From contig DATNEA010000047.1 in assembly GCA_035606845.1 (NCBI GenBank), positions 36,933 through 100,932 of the forward strand: a stretch of 64,000 nucleotides of DNA, written 5' to 3'. This document shows, one piece after another, positions 63,828 through 64,000 of this stretch (position 1 is its first letter; the number at the start of each line of letters is the position of its first letter). The position numbers and the translations under genes are program-made. This DNA is from Candidatus Angelobacter sp. GTDB taxonomy: Bacteria > Verrucomicrobiota > Verrucomicrobiia > Limisphaerales > DASXHY01. A model generated the notes under the pieces. The model worked only from the letters and a program-made list of their open reading frames with translations, did no database searches and was not told the origin of the DNA.

Positions 63828-64000
63828 CTAACGTGCTGCCGGCATCTTGCCGGCAGAACCCGCTCTCATCAAATCCACTGACTCCGCAGTTTTCAAAATC
63901 GCAGTCGAAGCCACGGCTTCCGGAAATCGAACTGCGATTATACTGATCAGCGCGCCCGTGGCCAGAGAAAGTGCGCCCACCAACACATGCGCCGTGGCAA
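63828..64000 (-). CDS. Probable heme A synthase (CtaA/COX15-like) C-terminus, partial
   Basis: Hand translation of the minus strand gives ...ATAHVLVGALSLATGALISIIAVRFPEAVASTAILKTAESVDLMRAGSAGKMPAAR*. The His-containing last TM helix and the position upstream of ctaB fit CtaA. Only 57 codons are visible, and the last 9 codons run through a hairpin repeat. Confidence 0.4.
   Translation of the reverse strand, partial: ATAHVLVGALSLATGALISIIAVRFPEAVASTAILKTAESVDLMRAGSAGKMPAAR
63836..63856. repeat. 9-bp hairpin CTGCCGGCA-TCT-TGCCGGCAG at the ctaA/ctaB junction
   Basis: Read directly. It lies 12 nt upstream of the ctaB start, within the last codons of the putative ctaA ORF. Confidence 0.6.

Overview
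GC-rich bacterial chromosome segment (GC judged by eye, not computed). Giant PATR-repeat proteins, Tat/Sec-signalled CAZymes and many GC-rich hairpin repeats suggest a PVC-type organism, probably Verrucomicrobiota; this is inference only. The window has three parts. (1) Positions 1 to ~49.2 kb form a very dense carbohydrate-active-enzyme region. It holds about 20 secreted glycoside hydrolases, lyases and esterases: GH127, GH78, GH95, GH106-like, GH2, GH29, GH31, three GH43-like propellers, a sialidase-fold protein, PL1 and PL22. It also holds two DUF3826 paralogues, a GPH sugar symporter, an AraC regulator paired with a PhyH-type dioxygenase, a propeller-sensor histidine kinase with a LuxR-type response regulator, a 1267-aa PATR surface protein, and three large secreted proteins I cannot place in a family. 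The family mix looks like a pectin / rhamnogalacturonan-II degradome, but no SusC/SusD or TonB-dependent transporter is present. (2) Positions ~49.5-56 kb hold tRNA-Arg(UCU), a lower-GC stretch with an untracked 59-codon ORF, and a truncated GT4 gene. They also hold a translationally coupled operon with two paralogous CgeB-like glycosyltransferase-like genes, a divergent DHPS-like pterin-binding protein and an orphan EgtD-like methyltransferase. (3) Positions ~56-64 kb hold housekeeping genes (UVR-motif protein, YqeY) and an aa3-type cytochrome c oxidase / heme O-A cluster. The ctaB-ctaD spacer in that cluster is a striking AT-rich, palindromically arranged array of 8-9 bp GTTAA-type units. 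Nearly every intergenic gap carries one of several GC-rich hairpin/REP-like repeat families. No IS element, integrase, CRISPR array or recognisable defence system was seen. All family calls come from motif recognition by eye; no database search or computation was possible.
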